Below are positions 55,761-64,000 of a stretch of 64,000 bases of DNA, in pieces; position 1 is the first letter of the stretch, and the number at the start of each line of letters is the position of its first letter. The position numbers and the translations under genes were made by a program. The stretch lies in the NCBI GenBank assembly GCA_963812155.1, contig CAWETW010000001.1, positions 320,001 to 384,000 of the forward strand, in the 5' to 3' direction. Under the pieces are notes generated by a model that saw only the letters and a program-made list of their open reading frames with translations, did not search any database and had not been told where the DNA came from. Origin of the DNA: Vulcanimicrobiota bacterium (lineage in GTDB: Bacteria; Vulcanimicrobiota; Vulcanimicrobiia; Vulcanimicrobiales; Vulcanimicrobiaceae).

Positions 55761-57188
55761 TTAGAGACCGAAGGCGTACAGCTTGCCGTCCCAGGCGGCG
55801 ACATAGACGCGACCATTTACGACGGTCGGTTCTGCGACGATAGAATCGTTGATGCTCGAGCCGCTGTTCCACAGAATCGCGCCGGTCGAGGCGTCGAGGG
55901 CGTACAGCGCGTTACCGCCGTTCGCGTAGACGACGCCGCCGGCAACGGATGGCACGGAGTCCCCACTGCCACCGATGGCGGTCTGCCAGCTCTGCGTTGC
56001 TTTGCAACCTGGATGCGTATCGAGTCGCGTTAGGCCGGACGGAACGTTTACGAACAGTGCACTGCTCGAGGATAAATACGCGGCGGTTGCAAGGCTGCCG
56101 CCCAGGTTAAGCTTCGATCCGTAACTCCCGTTTTGCAGATGCATCCGGTCTACCGTAAAGAAGGCGCCGTCCTTGCGTTCGAAGGCGGCACAGAGGCTGC
56201 CGCCCGACCTGTATAGTACGGGCGTCGTTCCGATGTCGAGATCGCCGTTGAGATTGCTTTCCGGCTGTTCGTCCGCGACGAAGCCTAACGACTGCGTCAA
56301 CTCAATGATGCTGTCGCTATACTGACCCTTCTCACCGAGCTTGCCGAGCGAATTACCAACACCAGCGTAGAGGTTGCCGTTTGTTGGATCGATGGATTCG
56401 CCGCCCCAACTCCAGACGCCGTTAGCGTAGTACTGATGTTTGTCGGTGACGAGCTGGAACGTTGTGATTGACTGCGTAGCTACGTCGACTGCGTTTATCG
56501 TCCCATAATAAAGGTTGTCGTCGCAGTGGCTAGCCGTTGGGTAATACAACGTCGAGTTGGTTGCGTCGAGCAACAAGCCGCTCCAAACGTGGTTATGAAG
56601 CGGTTTTGTGAACACGCGCAGCGGCGGAAACGCCGGATCTTGTGCGCCTGTTGCCATTTTGAAGGCCCACAGTTTACCCACGCCATCGATAACATAGACG
56701 CGGCTTTTTTCGCGATCGATCGTCGGCGCGCTCGTGACGCCGTTCGAAGCGCCGCCAAAACAGCCGGATGACGTCTTTCCGAGATGCTTCTGCCAAAGCA
56801 CCGTTCCGGCTAGAGCGTCGACTGCGGTAAAAGTGCCGTCTTCGTCGCCGGCAAACACGACTTGCGTCTTTTTCTGGTTCGGCAGGGTTACGTTGGCGGC
56901 TACGATCGGCTGCGTGTTGCTGACGGTTGAACCCAGTGAAACCGACCATTTGAGCTTAAGGCCATTGACGGTCGTGGTCGTCAGCGTCTTTTCATAGTGA
57001 TTGTCGCTCCAACGCTGCCGGTTGAACCCAAAGGTGGGCCAATCGATCGCCGACGGTACGGCTGCCGGCAATCCAGGCCGCGCGAGCTGGGGTAACGGGG
57101 AGGTGGGCGCCGTGTTGCGACCGGCGCATCCAGCCAGTTGACCGGCAACGATCAGCGAGACGAAAACGAGTTTAAGCGAGCGATGCAT
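55761..57188 (-). CDS. PQQ-like beta-propeller lipoprotein
   Basis: LAGC lipobox; DWPTFG, LKLKW, PTVVNGRVYVAAWDGKLYAF. Confidence 0.88.
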   Translation of the reverse strand: MHRSLKLVFVSLIVAGQLAGCAGRNTAPTSPLPQLARPGLPAAVPSAIDWPTFGFNRQRWSDNHYEKTLTTTTVNGLKLKWSVSLGSTVSNTQPIVAANVTLPNQKKTQVVFAGDEDGTFTAVDALAGTVLWQKHLGKTSSGCFGGASNGVTSAPTIDREKSRVYVIDGVGKLWAFKMATGAQDPAFPPLRVFTKPLHNHVWSGLLLDATNSTLYYPTASHCDDNLYYGTINAVDVATQSITTFQLVTDKHQYYANGVWSWGGESIDPTNGNLYAGVGNSLGKLGEKGQYSDSIIELTQSLGFVADEQPESNLNGDLDIGTTPVLYRSGGSLCAAFERKDGAFFTVDRMHLQNGSYGSKLNLGGSLATAAYLSSSSALFVNVPSGLTRLDTHPGCKATQSWQTAIGGSGDSVPSVAGGVVYANGGNALYALDASTGAILWNSGSSINDSIVAEPTVVNGRVYVAAWDGKLYAFGL

Positions 57189-57321
57189 GCGTCGGCCCTC
57201 CCGGTGCCAGGACGATTCGAGTCCGCTTTTCTGCCACCTTGCGTGACGAGGCTATTACTGTATTCGTGCCTTCGTTTAATGTAAGAGGAAATGCGCGCGG
57301 GCGGCGCATAGTGCCAACGGT

Positions 57322-57873
57322 ATGATGAAATGGGACTTTGAGCCCGGCCATACCGCGGCAGCGTTTCGCGCCCGGCACATGATGGTGACGTGGGTTCGCG
57401 GGTCGTTTAAGAACGTGACGGGCGAGCTCGAGTTCGATCCGTCGCAACCGCGACTGTTAGCCGTCAAAGCGGTCATCAACGCATCGACCTGTTGGACGGG
57501 TGTGGAGGCGCGAGACAATCATCTGCGCAGCGCCGATTTCCTTCACTGCGAGCGCTTTCCGGAGATTCGCTTTAAGGGCGACCGCGTCGTCGAGATCGGA
57601 CCGGTCGACTACCAGGTCACCGGCGACCTCACGATTCGCGATACGACGCACGCGGTCACGCTCGAAGTCCGGTATCTCGGCTCTTGGCAAACTCCGTGGT
57701 GGGAAGACGGCGTCGACAAGGGCCCCAAGACCCGAGCGGGGTTCGTTGCAAAAACGCGGATCGATCGCTACGATTTCGGCGTGAACTGGAACGACACGAT
57801 GCCGGATGGAGGCGTCGTCGTGAGCCCGCAGATCGATATCGTCATCGATGCGGAGGCCATCAAGTCGGACTGA
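57322..57873 (+). CDS. YceI family protein
   Basis: HMMVTWVRGSF, RDNHLRSADF, GDLTIR, IDRYDFG. Confidence 0.93.
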   Translation: MMKWDFEPGHTAAAFRARHMMVTWVRGSFKNVTGELEFDPSQPRLLAVKAVINASTCWTGVEARDNHLRSADFLHCERFPEIRFKGDRVVEIGPVDYQVTGDLTIRDTTHAVTLEVRYLGSWQTPWWEDGVDKGPKTRAGFVAKTRIDRYDFGVNWNDTMPDGGVVVSPQIDIVIDAEAIKSD

Positions 57874-57876
57874 CCG

Positions 57877-58863
57877 TTAGTACGGATTTCCCGGGCGCGA
57901 AGCCGGACTGACCGCGATCCCGTCGCCGGCATCGCCCGGCACCTTAATCTGGTCGACCGGCAGATGGTTGGGGCGATTCGCGGGTCCTGGGAAAGCCCAC
58001 TCGCTCAGCGAGATGGAGGTTACGTACGCGCGGCGTTCCCGCCCGTCGAGCGCGAACGCGTCGGGATGCAGCCACGGAGCCTTGTTCGGCACGATGTCGT
58101 TGAAGCGGCCCATATGGCCAAAGACGTGCGACATTTTTTGCGATCCCGGTTCGAAGACGCCGCAACGGTAGGCAAAGGGATCGCAAACGGCGAGCGCGCC
58201 GGTTGCGGTGGTCACGATCGCACCCGCCGAGACGAGCTTCAATCCGAGGTTTTGCGGCGTGCCGCTTCCGCCCGTCCAGCGATCGACTTGAGCGGTATTG
58301 CTCTGCGTCATGAAGGTGACGTAAAGGTTTCCTTGATTGTCGACTGCGCCAAAACCGCCATTGCGCCCGGCGGGATCGCCCAACGTTGCCGTAGGCGTCG
58401 TGCTGCCTTTCGCGTAAACCTCGACGAGGGTGGTCGGTGCGACGTCGTTCGAATAGTCGACGACGTAAACGGTACCGCTTCTTTCGTCTACGGTGACGTC
58501 GTTGGGGACGCCGTTTGGATCGCTCAGCGTCCGCACCGGCGACGTGCCGCCGGGAGCAAACTTGTAGATGGCACGTGCAAGGGAATCGGCGACCCACAGA
58601 TTGTGTCGTGAATCAACAAAAAATCCCCGCGGGTCCGAAAACCCGTGCAGGGTCGCGCACGGCTTGGCGTCGAGGTTTTCCGTATCGTAAACGTCGATGG
58701 TCGCGTCGTGCGTTGCAACGTAGACAACGGATTTCGGACACGTCGCGGCGCTTCGCGACGCCGGCGCCTGCGGGCCGTTAGCGATGGGGCCGAAGGAAGC
58801 AGGGTTGGAGGCACACGCGGTCGCGAGCGCGACTGCGGCGGCGGCAACGAGAAAGCGTGTCAT
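57877..58863 (-). CDS. NHL/SMP-30-like beta-propeller lipoprotein
   Basis: GAGGAG RBS; ATAC lipobox; VDSRHNLWVAD, VDNQGNLYV. Confidence 0.85.
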   Translation of the reverse strand: MTRFLVAAAAVALATACASNPASFGPIANGPQAPASRSAATCPKSVVYVATHDATIDVYDTENLDAKPCATLHGFSDPRGFFVDSRHNLWVADSLARAIYKFAPGGTSPVRTLSDPNGVPNDVTVDERSGTVYVVDYSNDVAPTTLVEVYAKGSTTPTATLGDPAGRNGGFGAVDNQGNLYVTFMTQSNTAQVDRWTGGSGTPQNLGLKLVSAGAIVTTATGALAVCDPFAYRCGVFEPGSQKMSHVFGHMGRFNDIVPNKAPWLHPDAFALDGRERRAYVTSISLSEWAFPGPANRPNHLPVDQIKVPGDAGDGIAVSPASRPGNPY

Positions 58864-59060
58864 GGCGGGCTCCTCTTTCAGCTTGGCGCTTCGCCGAAAA
58901 TTAACACCAACCTGGCGGCCCTTCGGTGTGCGTTCGTACGAACGCACCGCTGGAAGTCATCGAGGACAGTAGACGGGCTGAGTTAGGGCACACTTGGGGC
59001 TACGCCTCGCGTGACGGCGAAAATCACGGTGCTAAACTCCCCGATTTTGTGCACGAAACA

Positions 59061-59087
59061 TGGTCGGGCTGACTGGATTCGAACCAG
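59061..59087 (-). repeat. Second copy of the tRNA-Pro 3' end (att-like)
   Basis: Minus strand CTGGTTCGAATCCAGTCAGCCCGACCA directly after the tRNA; 26-bp period. Confidence 0.85.
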
Positions 59088-59164
59088 GGTCGGGCTGACA
59101 GGATTCGAACCTGCGACCTCTTGACCCCCAGTCAAGCGCGCTAACCAAACTGCGCCACAGCCCG
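59088..59164 (-). tRNA. tRNA-Pro(GGG)
   Basis: CGGGCTG acceptor stem, D arm, CTTGA-CTGGGGG-TCAAG anticodon arm, GGTTCGAATCC T arm. Confidence 0.97.
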
Positions 59165-59168
59165 CCGT

Positions 59169-59441
59169 TTATCGAAGAGCGTTTTTCAGCGACTTGCTCG
59201 CTACGAATGCCGGGACCTTTCGGGCGGCGATGCTGATCTTTTCACCGGTTTTTGGGTTGCGTCCGTCGCGCGCTTTGTGCTCGCGTACGACGAAACTTCC
59301 GAACGGCGTCAGTGCAACGCGATCGCCGTGACGCAATGCACCTTCAATTTCGTCGAATATGGCTTCTACAGCGTGGCCGGCTTGACGTCTGGTGAGCTCG
59401 GCTCGATCTGCAACGGCTTCGATCAATTCGGCTTTCGTCAA
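59169..59441 (-). CDS. hup: HU family DNA-binding protein
   Basis: TTG start with GGAG; TKAELI..FGSF..GRNPKTGE..VPAF. Confidence 0.95.
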   Translation of the reverse strand: MTKAELIEAVADRAELTRRQAGHAVEAIFDEIEGALRHGDRVALTPFGSFVVREHKARDGRNPKTGEKISIAARKVPAFVASKSLKNALR

Positions 59442-59505
59442 CTTCGCTCTCCATCGCGGCGGTACGAGGTTCGCCGACCGCCCTGCCACGATACGGTTAC
59501 CGCGG

Positions 59506-59940
59506 CTAGCCGCCCCCTCCTTCAACCAAGGCCCGCAACGCCAGCGTATACCCGATTGCGCCCAAACCCGCAATGCTTCCCCAACAGGCGCGCGCCGTTA
59601 CGCTCTGCCGGCGGAACTCCTCGCGCGCGGCGACATTCGAGAGGTGCACTTCGACGACCGGCATTGCGATCGCCGCGATCGCGTCGGCGATCGCGTACGA
59701 ATAATGTGAGTACGCGCCGGGATTGATCACGACGCCGTCATAGCGTCCGCGCGCCGCGTGCAGCGCATCGATTAATGCGCCTTCGCCGTTATGTTGTTCG
59801 CACGTGACGTCGATGCCGAGATCCGCGGCCGTCGTCGCGACGATCTCGTTCACATCCGCCAGCGTTTCGGTGCCGTAGATCTCCGGCTCGCGATTGCCGA
59901 GCAAATTCAAATTGGGACCGTGGATAACGAGGACGTGCAT
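59506..59940 (-). CDS. aroQ: Type II 3-dehydroquinate dehydratase
   Basis: HGPNLNLLGNREPEIYG, NPGAYSH, EVHLSN. Confidence 0.97.
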   Translation of the reverse strand: MHVLVIHGPNLNLLGNREPEIYGTETLADVNEIVATTAADLGIDVTCEQHNGEGALIDALHAARGRYDGVVINPGAYSHYSYAIADAIAAIAMPVVEVHLSNVAAREEFRRQSVTARACWGSIAGLGAIGYTLALRALVEGGGG

Positions 59941-59996
59941 GCGGCCCATCTTCACGACAGGAAAAGCACCCGCCTTCGTTTGAACACGACGCGCTC

Positions 59997-60878
59997 ATGC
60001 CCGATCGTCTTCTCGGTGCCTCCGCCTTTGCGTCCGGCTCGTCCGCCGTGTCTGCCGTCACGACCGGGCTCGTGACGGAAATCCGGCAGCGCCACGATCT
60101 CTCACCTACGGCCACTGCCGCCGTCGGACGGCTCGTGACGGGCGCCGTCTTGCTCGCCGCCAATCTCGGCGAGCGGGAACGCATCTCGCTGCAGATTAGC
60201 GGCGACGGTCCTATCGGCATGCTCGTCGCCGACGCCTGGCTCCTCGACGAGCGAACCATCGGCGCGCGGGGGTACGCGCGGAATGGCCGCGTCGACTTGC
60301 CGGTCAACGCGCGTGGAAAGTTCGACGTCTCGGGCGCACTCGGCAGCGGCTCGCTACACGTCACGCGATCGTACGAAATCGGCCAGCCCTACGTCGGCGT
60401 CGTGCCGCTGCACTCGGGCGAAATCGCCGAAGACCTCGCCGCCTACCTCGCCAACTCGGAACAGATTCCCAGCGTCGTCGCGCTCGGGGTGCTCGCCGAT
60501 CCGCGCGGCGTCGTCGCTGCGGGCGGCGTCATCGCGCGCATGTTGCCCGGCGCCGTCGAATCGGAGATCGCGGCGCTCGAGGACCGCGCGGCCGCGATGC
60601 CGCCGGTCACGTCGCTGATCGCGCAGCGGCCCGACCCGCTCTTCCTGCTCGAACAACTCCTCGGCGACGATGCCGCAGGCACCGATCGTTCGATGGATAT
60701 CGTCTTTGCGTGCACCTGCACGAAAGGAAAGGTCGAAAACGTCCTACGCGCGCTCGGCCACGACGAACTCGAGCGTTTACAGAGCGAACGCGAAGAAACC
60801 GAAGCGACGTGCGAGTTTTGCCGCCGCCGCTTCACATTTACGCGCGAAGAAATCCAGGCGTTGCAGGAAATGGGGTAG
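59997..60878 (+). CDS. hslO: Hsp33 redox-regulated chaperone
   Basis: GDGPIG, SGEIAEDLAAYLANSEQIPS, CTC...CEFC. Confidence 0.96.
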   Translation: MPDRLLGASAFASGSSAVSAVTTGLVTEIRQRHDLSPTATAAVGRLVTGAVLLAANLGERERISLQISGDGPIGMLVADAWLLDERTIGARGYARNGRVDLPVNARGKFDVSGALGSGSLHVTRSYEIGQPYVGVVPLHSGEIAEDLAAYLANSEQIPSVVALGVLADPRGVVAAGGVIARMLPGAVESEIAALEDRAAAMPPVTSLIAQRPDPLFLLEQLLGDDAAGTDRSMDIVFACTCTKGKVENVLRALGHDELERLQSEREETEATCEFCRRRFTFTREEIQALQEMG

Positions 60879-60911
60879 CCCGAGCTACCGCTCCGGACTA
60901 CTACGTCGGAG

Positions 60912-61139
60912 TTAGTGCCGGAAAAGACGGCGCAGGTCGCGCGGGGTGCGGTACGACTCGATGCGCTGATAGTAAGTCTCGCGAATGCCGCTGCCCTCGT
61001 TGACGTACCACCATCCGCACTCACAGCGGATCGGCCGGTCACCGGGTTCGGGATACGGATAGACGCGCTTGCAGCGCTTGCAAACGAAGGTTCTTCCTTC
61101 GATCGGCGGGGCCGGCGTAAACGTCACTCCAGATGGCAT
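60912..61139 (-). CDS. Small putative zinc-binding protein
   Basis: CKRC...CECG; starts 2 bp after the tyrS stop. Confidence 0.7.
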   Translation of the reverse strand: MPSGVTFTPAPPIEGRTFVCKRCKRVYPYPEPGDRPIRCECGWWYVNEGSGIRETYYQRIESYRTPRDLRRLFRH

Positions 61140-61141
61140 GG

Positions 61142-62350
61142 TCAGGCTTTCCGCGGCAGGATGCGCGCGAACCTGCGAGAGCCAACCGACAACACCGCGG
61201 GTTCGACCGGCGTCCAGGGCGCCCTCGGCTCGTGCACGGGGCTGCCGTCGATTTTCACGCCGCCGCCGGCGATGAGCCGCTCCGCCTCACGGCGGCTCTG
61301 GGCAAAGCCCGCTTTGACCAGCAGCTCCGCGACGCGAACGCAGTCGCCCGCGTCGATCTCCGCAAGACCGTCGGTAGGTATTTCCTTTCGTTGCACGGTC
61401 GCTTCGAAGTGTTCGCGCGCCGAGCGTGCGGCTTGCGCTCCATGATAGCGGGCGACCACGTCCTGCGCGATTGCCTTCTTCTCGTCCATGGGATTGGCGC
61501 GCCCGGATGCAAGTTCGGCTGCCAACCGGTCGCTATCGGATTGCGATCGGAACGCCGCTAACCGCGCGTAGGCGGGGATAAGGTCATCGCCGATTCGCAT
61601 GAGCTTACCGAATTGTTCGACCGGGGATTCGGTGATGCCGACGTAGTTGCCGAGGCTCTTGCTCATCTTCTTCTGTCCGTCGAGCCCCACCAGCAACGGA
61701 ACGGTCGCGCAAATTTGCGGCGGCTGGCCGTGCTCGCGCTGATAGTGGCGTCCCAACAGCAGGTTGAAAAGCTGATCGCTTCCTCCGAGTTCCACGTCGG
61801 CGCAAACCGCAATCGAGTCGTAGGCCTGTGCAACCGGATAAAGAAGTTCGTGCAGCGAGATCGCCGTACCGGCACTATAGCGATCGTGGAAATCGTTGCG
61901 TTCGAGCATCTGTGCGACCGTCGTCTTCGCCAGAAGTTTGACGAGATCGGCGAGGCCGAGCTTGTCGAGCCATTCGGAGTTGTAACGAACCTCGATACGA
62001 TCGAGGTCCAGCACCCTTGCGGCTTGCCGGCGATACGTCTCCATATTCGCTTCGATTTCGGCCTGCGACAACTGCGGTCGCGTAACATTCTTCCCGCTCG
62101 GATCGCCGATGCGCGCGGTAAAGTCGCCGATGATCCACGTGACGCGATGTCCGCTCTCCGCGAAGCGTTGCAGCTTCTCGAGCACCACCATGAAGCCGAG
62201 ATGCAGGTCGGGGCTGGTCGGGTCGATGCCCAGTTTCACGTTGAGCGGGCGGCCCGCTTGCAAGCGATCCCGAAAATCGCCGCGCGTTTCGACGTGTTCG
62301 AAGCCGTCGAGTAAATACTCGACGTCGGAAAAACGGGGGTGGGCGCTCAT
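61142..62350 (-). CDS. tyrS: Tyrosine--tRNA ligase
   Basis: GIDPTSPDLHLGF, GGSDQ, KMSKS, C-terminal S4-like domain. Confidence 0.97.
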   Translation of the reverse strand: MSAHPRFSDVEYLLDGFEHVETRGDFRDRLQAGRPLNVKLGIDPTSPDLHLGFMVVLEKLQRFAESGHRVTWIIGDFTARIGDPSGKNVTRPQLSQAEIEANMETYRRQAARVLDLDRIEVRYNSEWLDKLGLADLVKLLAKTTVAQMLERNDFHDRYSAGTAISLHELLYPVAQAYDSIAVCADVELGGSDQLFNLLLGRHYQREHGQPPQICATVPLLVGLDGQKKMSKSLGNYVGITESPVEQFGKLMRIGDDLIPAYARLAAFRSQSDSDRLAAELASGRANPMDEKKAIAQDVVARYHGAQAARSAREHFEATVQRKEIPTDGLAEIDAGDCVRVAELLVKAGFAQSRREAERLIAGGGVKIDGSPVHEPRAPWTPVEPAVLSVGSRRFARILPRKA

Positions 62351-62390
62351 CCCCGCCCGCTACGCCCCGGCACCGACGCTGCCCTTTGCG

Positions 62391-64000
62391 TCATTTGAGT
62401 TCGACGATGGTGACGCCCGCGGAGCCTTCATCTTCGTTGCCGTAGCGCACCTCACTTACCGACGGATGGGAGCGCAAGTATTCCTGCAGGCCGCGCCCCA
62501 ACATACCCGTGCCCTTTCCGTGAATCAGGCGCAACTGCGAGTTGCCGGCGAGCATCGCTTCGTCGATCCAGCGTTCGACCAGAGGCTCGGCTTCGACGAA
62601 GCGTTTTCCACGCACGTCGAGTTCCGAGCGCGACCGAGCGGCCGCAGTGACGCGCGAATCTTCGGATGCAGCCATTCGCGCGCGCGGCGGGCGCACCGCC
62701 GTGACGCGACGGACGTCGTCCTTTCGCACGACCGTCTTCATCGGACCGATCGCCAACAGCAGCGTTTCGCCGAAATCCTCGACGACGTCGCCTTCCTGCT
62801 GCAGCGAGAACGCGCGCACGCGTTCGCCGGCCGCGAAAATACCGTCGCCGGCCGAATCGGGAGTCTCGTTCGTGATGCCGAGGTCGCGACGCATCTCCTC
62901 GACCGTGCGCGCGAGCAAACCGGCTTGCGCCGGCGTGACCTTAGGCCGTGTCGAGCGGTTCTCTTGCGCGCGCTCCTGCAGTTGCCGAACGAAATCGCGA
63001 AGAGCCTGCTGCATGCGCTCCTCGGCGTTGGTGCCGAAGGCGCGACGCTGGGCGTCGAGGGCCGCGCGCTCCGATTTCAAACGCGCCGTCTCGCGCGCCT
63101 CGCTACGCCGTTCTTCGGCCAGCGCGTCGCGCTCGCTCTGCAGTTCGGCGTTTCGCAACGACAGTTCCGCAAGAGCCGCCTCGTAATCGCGCTCGCGCGT
63201 GTCGAGCAGCCGTTGCGCGCGCTCGACGATCTCGCCCGCAATTCCGATCGTGCGAGCGAGTGGGAAGGCCAGCGACTGCCCCGGCGCGCCGATGTCGAGA
63301 TGGAACGTCGGCGCGAACGTATGCGGGTCGAAACGCACGCTCGCGTTCGCAACGCCCGGCGTCGCGTGGGCGAAGAGTTTGAGTTCGGTCGCGTGGGTCG
63401 TGACCAGTCCGCGCGCTCCCGCCTCGAGCAAGCGTTCCAGCATCGCAACGGCAAGCGCCGAACCTGCGCTGGGTTCCGTCCCGCCGCCGATCTCGTCGAC
63501 GAGCACCAACGTACGCTCGCCGGCCGAGCTTAACATCTCGCGCATCCGGTCCAAGTGCGCCGAGAACGTGGATGCGTTGGCGACGATCGACTGCTCGTCG
63601 CCGACATCGGCAATCATGTACTCGAAGCGGCCGACCTCCGTGCCTGCGCCGGCCGGCAGCTGCAAACCGCAGTAGGCCATTAGCACGAATAAGCCGACCA
63701 TCTTCAGTGCGACCGTCTTGCCGCCCATATTCGGGCCGCTGATCACGAGCAGTCGCGTTTCCGCGTCGAGCACCAGCGACTGCGGCACCGCGCGTTCGCC
63801 GAGCAGCGGATGGCGCCCGTTCACCACGACGATTGCCGCGTCGTCGCGCAACTCCGGTGCGATCGCGTTCATTCGATGCGCGACCTCGGCCCTCGCGGCG
63901 ATGAGATCGATCGCCGCAAGAACGTCGACGTTGCGCTCGATCGCGCCGGCATCCGCGCCGACCCGGTGCGAGAATTCGGCGAGTACGCGCGCGATTTCGC
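62391..64000 (-). CDS. mutS2: MutS2 with C-terminal Smr domain (5' end outside the window)
   Basis: SGPNMGGKT, STFSAH, DEIGGGTEP, TTH, IHGKGTG; the frame stays open to the window edge. Confidence 0.96.
   Translation of the reverse strand, partial: EIARVLAEFSHRVGADAGAIERNVDVLAAIDLIAARAEVAHRMNAIAPELRDDAAIVVVNGRHPLLGERAVPQSLVLDAETRLLVISGPNMGGKTVALKMVGLFVLMAYCGLQLPAGAGTEVGRFEYMIADVGDEQSIVANASTFSAHLDRMREMLSSAGERTLVLVDEIGGGTEPSAGSALAVAMLERLLEAGARGLVTTHATELKLFAHATPGVANASVRFDPHTFAPTFHLDIGAPGQSLAFPLARTIGIAGEIVERAQRLLDTRERDYEAALAELSLRNAELQSERDALAEERRSEARETARLKSERAALDAQRRAFGTNAEERMQQALRDFVRQLQERAQENRSTRPKVTPAQAGLLARTVEEMRRDLGITNETPDSAGDGIFAAGERVRAFSLQQEGDVVEDFGETLLLAIGPMKTVVRKDDVRRVTAVRPPRARMAASEDSRVTAAARSRSELDVRGKRFVEAEPLVERWIDEAMLAGNSQLRLIHGKGTGMLGRGLQEYLRSHPSVSEVRYGNEDEGSAGVTIVELK

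Noticed and set aside
50151..59060. Intact prophage or ICE at tRNA-Pro
   Set aside because: No integrase, phage or conjugation genes, and I found no distal att copy.

Overview
High-GC bacterial chromosomal window. The gene content (hopanoid pathway, many beta-propeller lipoproteins, Terrabacteria-like RpoB/RpoC) suggests Ca. Eremiobacterota/Vulcanimicrobiota; this is an inference and was not searched. Layout: (1) rpoC (<1-3584, missed by the ORF track) and rpoB (11794-15660) are separated by about 8.2 kb. Each has its own sigma70-like promoter, and rpoB has its own terminator. (2) The gap holds the best novel-system candidate: a 305-aa protein with tandem K-x3-E repeats and a C-terminal FIKAEDRP motif, followed by a catalytically degenerate ATP-grasp protein and an intact graspetide-synthetase-like ATP-grasp. 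It also holds higA and LigD-like remnants and an atypical S53 lipoprotein. (3) dxs and a hopanoid cluster (degenerate prenyltransferase, fni, hpnC/D/E, shc, hpnH, hpnA, DUF1272-HpnG fusion) with a divergent di-iron ferritin-like gene. (4) Oxidoreductases, two DHA2 exporters, an MmyB-type regulator and glycosyltransferases. (5) An accessory block of beta-propeller lipoproteins ending at tRNA-Pro(GGG), which has an att-like second copy of its 3' end. (6) hup, aroQ, hslO, tyrS and mutS2. A REP-like palindromic repeat is dispersed through the window and in one case supplies the start codon of hpnA. All functional calls come from motif recognition by eye.
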